The notes beneath the pieces were generated by a model. That model had not been told where the DNA came from, made no database searches, and saw only the letters and a list, made by a program, of their open reading frames with translations. A DNA stretch of 63,966 nt, filler included, from Folioceros fuciformis (lineage: Eukaryota): NCBI GenBank assembly GCA_049999805.1. It is 19 parts of 19 records of this genome, joined end to end, with 100 filler letters (N's around TTAATTAATTAA, not from the genome) between each part and the next. Parts side by side here need not be neighbours in the genome. Positions count along the whole stretch, not along the records: positions 60,064 to 61,602 come from JBNGIO010004734.1; positions 61,703 to 62,823 come from JBNGIO010004736.1; positions 62,924 to 63,966 come from JBNGIO010004754.1; 16 more parts are not named here. One strand, given 5' to 3'. Positions 60,064 to 63,966 of the stretch are shown one piece after another; positions within the stretch are counted from its first letter, which is position 1, and each line of letters begins with the position of its first letter. The translations under genes and the position numbers were made by a program.

Positions 60064-61602
60064 TTGCTAGGTGGAGAGCAGCCCGTGCTAAGCTAGCCTC
60101 ATGTGGAGTGATTTTCTCAGAAGGAAGAGCAGCTATGTTGTTTCTAATGAGTCTTCCTCCTAGTTATGAATAGTGGAGCTTAAGCATTCAAGCCACAGCA
60201 ACTATAACTCCTGCAACAGCAACCACAACTCCTGCAACAGCAACCACACCTGCAGTTACTAATCTCACTGTACAGAAGTTAGTCGGTGCTCTTTTACAAG
60301 CTGAGGCAAATAGGAAGCACATGAGAGGTGGATCCAGTTCTGGAAATTCTCACAAGCAAAGTGACATTGCACTCTTCTCCAGCAGAGGGAGAGGGCATGG
60401 CAGGGGTCGAGGACACGGAAGAGGTGGACGTGGTCGAGGTGGCCAGTCCTTTTATCAGCAGCCATCCAACTTTGGAAATGTTGCATCCGGTTCTCAAGGT
60501 GGGAAGAAACCTGGAAGATGTAATTACTGTGACATTCCAGGTCATTGGATCAAGGACTACAGAAAAAGGAAAGCAGATGAAGCAACTAAGGGAAAACATG
60601 TTGAAGGGAATTCAGCTAGAGCCTCCACACCGGGGCTATTAGTTGCTTGCTTGAGTTTTGTTTCTCGTTCAGCTGCTCATCAGTGGTTCCTGGATAGCGG
60701 AGCATCCAACCATATGTGTGCTCAGAAGAAGCATTTTGTGACATATCAAGTAGCTCCCACATGTCACAAATCCACAGTGTCTCTAGGACACAATTCAGAA
60801 ATTCCTATTGAGGGATTTGGTACAGTAGAAGTGTACCTGACAGGTGGAGGAACCCTGCGATTGGAAATGACTTTGCATGTACCACAGCTAGCTAAAAACT
60901 TGGTCAGTACTATGGTAGTTGGCAAAACAGGCTTGTACAGAATCATGTTTGAAGGAGTTGAGTGTGTGATCTCACGTCTTTTAGACTCTGCAATGCTTGC
61001 ACGAGGCAAACCACTTTATGATCTGTACCTCTTGGATTTTGTTCCTGATAAATACCCTGCCAAATCACATATAGCAGATGCCAAGTCTTCAGTTAGCAAT
61101 GTGTTTAAGTGGCATTGCAGACTTGGGCATCCAAACATAAGAGCAATGAGACGATTGCTGAAGGAGAAGATTGTCATAGGATTTTTAGACAGTGACCTAC
61201 CTGATCTTGAACTCTGCGTTGCTTGTGTTCATGTCAAGCAGTTTAAGTCACATTTCGACAGCGGAAATTCACGCAAGGTCACTCAAATACTAGACCTGGT
61301 TCATACAGATATATGTGGGCCGATGTCGGTGAGTTCCTGAGGAGGAGCTCGTTACTTTGTCGTGTTTGAGGATGACAGGTCACATTTCACTGTAACAGAG
61401 CGTTTGCATCAAAAAGGTGAAGTGTTTAATAGCTTTAAGCGTTATCTAGATTATGCTGAAAGGCAAACAGGCTACAAGCTGAAGAGCATGAGATCAGATA
61501 ACGGCAAGGAATACCTCTCTAATGAGTTCCAGGAGTTCTGCCAGGAGAAGGGAATTACCAGACAGCTGACCATCCCTTACCACTCTGACATGAATGGACG
61601 TG
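60064..61602 (+). pseudogene. Copia gag-PR-IN fragment
   Basis: CNYCDIPGHW, WFLDSGASNH, WHCRLGH and MRSDNGKEY. Confidence 0.92.
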
Positions 61603-61737
61603 NNNNNNNNNNNNNNNNNNNNNNNNNNNNNNNNNNNNNNNNNNNNTTAATTAATTAANNNNNNNNNNNNNNNNNNNNNNNNNNNNNNNNNNNNNNNNNN
61701 NNGGGAAGAGGATTGTGGGAGAAGGGAGGAAGGGAGG

Positions 61738-62109
61738 TGTGAACCTCCAAAGTTTGGGGTAGTAGTTTGTTTTGGTTGAAAAAAAGGTTAATAGTGGTAT
61801 GGTTTGGTTTTCTTTTTCAACTTATTTTTCCTAATTTTCCTTGATTTTCTGGTCATTTTTCCTATTTTTCTTTGTGCTAATTGGGTTAATTGACCAGGAA
61901 ATAATTAGTTTGGTTATAAGAGTGGGTATAGGTTTGGTCCCAGAGCTGGGAAGGTTTAGGTTCGGTACCAGGCCATAGGGTTGGGTGATTAGTTTAATAC
62001 TAGTTAAAGATATATAATATTAAATAATTAAATAATAATATTAAAATATTAAAATAATATAATAATATAATACTGGTTTGAACATAGGAACGGGTATCTG
62101 GGTATGTCA
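61738..62109 (+). repeat. Dispersed LTR-like repeat, copy 3
   Basis: Near-identical to 11421-11780 and 30201-30569. Confidence 0.8.
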
Positions 62110-62923
62110 GTGTCAGGGGTCAGGGTCTGACGATAGGCTGGCTGATTGCTTGGCTGGCATGAACGGTTGTGGAGGCCATGCCCTAGCTAGAGCTAGAGGC
62201 AGGGGTTGCAGCCGCCCCCATCCCCTTTTCTCCCTCTCTCCCTTCCTCCTCCATTCCCTTCTTGCCCCCTTCCTCTTCTTCCTCCCTTCCTTCTCAATCT
62301 ACCCTCCTTGTTTCTTCCATTGGATCCAAGTTGCAGGTAGGGATGCTGGCTAGGCTATCGACACCGAGTGTTGGAGATCACAACGAATTGATGCAGGTCC
62401 AGCCAGGCTTCTCATGAGCTATTGGGTCCAGCCTGCTAGCTGCTGACCAAGGAGCAAGGAGGCTGCAGCGTTGAAGGAGAGCTCTGCCATTGCCCGTGGT
62501 GGGGCGATTTCCTTCTTTTTCCCCCTCCTGCCCGTTTTCTCCAATCCCGCTGCCATCTCCTCTCGCCACGAGCCGATCCAGGCCCCCCCCCCTTGAAGGG
62601 GGGTTTAGGGTTTAGGGGTTTAAACCCTAAACCCTAAAACCCAACTTTGGCAAAAACCCTAAACTTGGCAAAAACCCTAAACTTGGCAACTTGAAGGCTA
62701 TGAGAAGAAAGGGCATGAGGACTGGGTCTGTAAGCTGTTGAAAACAATCTATGGTCTCAAGCAATCACCCAGGGCTTGGTATCAATGTATTGACGAATTC
62801 TTACTTGAGCTTGGCTTCAAAAANNNNNNNNNNNNNNNNNNNNNNNNNNNNNNNNNNNNNNNNNNNNTTAATTAATTAANNNNNNNNNNNNNNNNNNNNN
62901 NNNNNNNNNNNNNNNNNNNNNNN

Positions 62924-63685
62924 TGCCCCACATCACCAGAAGACGTCAATGAGATGAAGAATGTACCTTACAATGAGGCTATAGGTAGCTTGCTGTACTT
63001 TTCAATATGGACAAGGCCAGACGTTGCACTAGCCGTCAACATTGTGGCCAGATCTATGTCAAACCCCGGAAAGGCTCACTGGACAAGCGTGAAATGGATC
63101 CTACGTTATCTCAAAAAGACCAAATCCTTAGGGCTAATGTATAAGGCTGATCATGCAATTAACCTCAAATTAAATACCTTGTTGGATGTAGACTGGGCTG
63201 GCGACCCTAACTTGAGGAAATCAGTAGCAGCCTATTGCATGCGCATCAACGCTTCAACAGTTTCTTGGGCAAGTAAAACGATGTAGACAATCTGCACATC
63301 TTCAACCGAGGCTCAGTATGCAGCAACAACCCTAGCCACGAAAGAGATTCTATCGATCAGGCAATTTCTTCAGGATATCAACGAGTCACAATCAAAACCA
63401 ACTAAGCTGTTTTGCGATAATTAGTCCGCCATCGCAATGACTTATAACACAATATTGCACGCTAAGACGAAACATGTGGAAATTCAACACCATTTAATCC
63501 GTCAGACCGTGGCCAACAAGCAAGAGATCATGAAGTATATCAGCATAGCAGAGAATACAATAGATCTCCTGACCAAGGGGTTATCCAAATCACTTCATGA
63601 GAAACATGTAGTTGCAATTGGGCTTTTCAGCAAGGATTCTTATCTCAGGCTCAAGCGTGAGGGGAAGAAACTCAATTGCCCATGA
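62924..63685 (+). pseudogene. Copia RT end-RNase H fragment
   Basis: TRPDVA, DVDWAGD, KTKHVEIQHH and DLLTKGL, with stops. Confidence 0.9.
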
Positions 63686-63966
63686 CTGTCAGCCATCACA
63701 CATTCTCTTCAGCAGCATCCAAATTTCAAGCCTTGCGAGATTGGATCCACGGTGAGGAGGAGTGTTGGCGCACCACGCGTTGGGGTACCGCCGACATACA
63801 CCGCGGACCGATGCACAACGTTTTTAGGGCACGTTTCGGTTTACCCTACTTAAGCACACATAATAGTAAATAGTAAATATTGTAGTTAGTGTAGTTACGA
63901 ACAGTTAAACTGCCCAAACCGAATAGCGGTTTATACTTTCCTATATGTGGCCATCAGCCATAATGA

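Noticed and set aside
63676-63873. Short sense ORF after Copia RNase H
   Set aside because: Only 65 aa, follows a purine tract and may be LTR sequence; no supporting motif.

Overview
Eukaryotic plant nuclear DNA assembled from about 20 short contigs joined by artificial N-TTAATTAATTAA-N spacers, so neighbourhoods across spacers are not real. A hornwort is the most likely source (inference): spliceosomal introns are about 100 nt, and there are PLS-class PPR editing factors, one with a PGxSWWTD box. Most of the window is Ty1/Copia LTR retrotransposon sequence: one intact 1455-aa gag-pol plus many decayed pieces, LTRs, PBSs and PPTs. Host genes are a 7-exon plastid-type fructokinase, the 3' part of an LRR-VIII-1-like receptor kinase, an intronless HD-domain (HDDC2/YfbR-like) gene and two PLS-PPR genes. 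The most notable signal is a TIR DNA transposon (about 7944-10755, with a second copy at about 40501-41631). It carries a Sola-like DDD transposase remnant and, divergently, a prokaryote-type beta-class N4-C/N6-A DNA methyltransferase gene that shows mostly synonymous divergence between copies, plus an array of CG-rich palindromes. Two other signals stand out. Several Copia elements carry extra genes: a sense ORF upstream of gag and spliced antisense genes between pol and the PPT. An AT-rich island holds an intronless, TxY-less group-D-MAPK derivative bounded by inward-facing tRNA-derived repeats. All calls are from reading the sequence; no searches were run.
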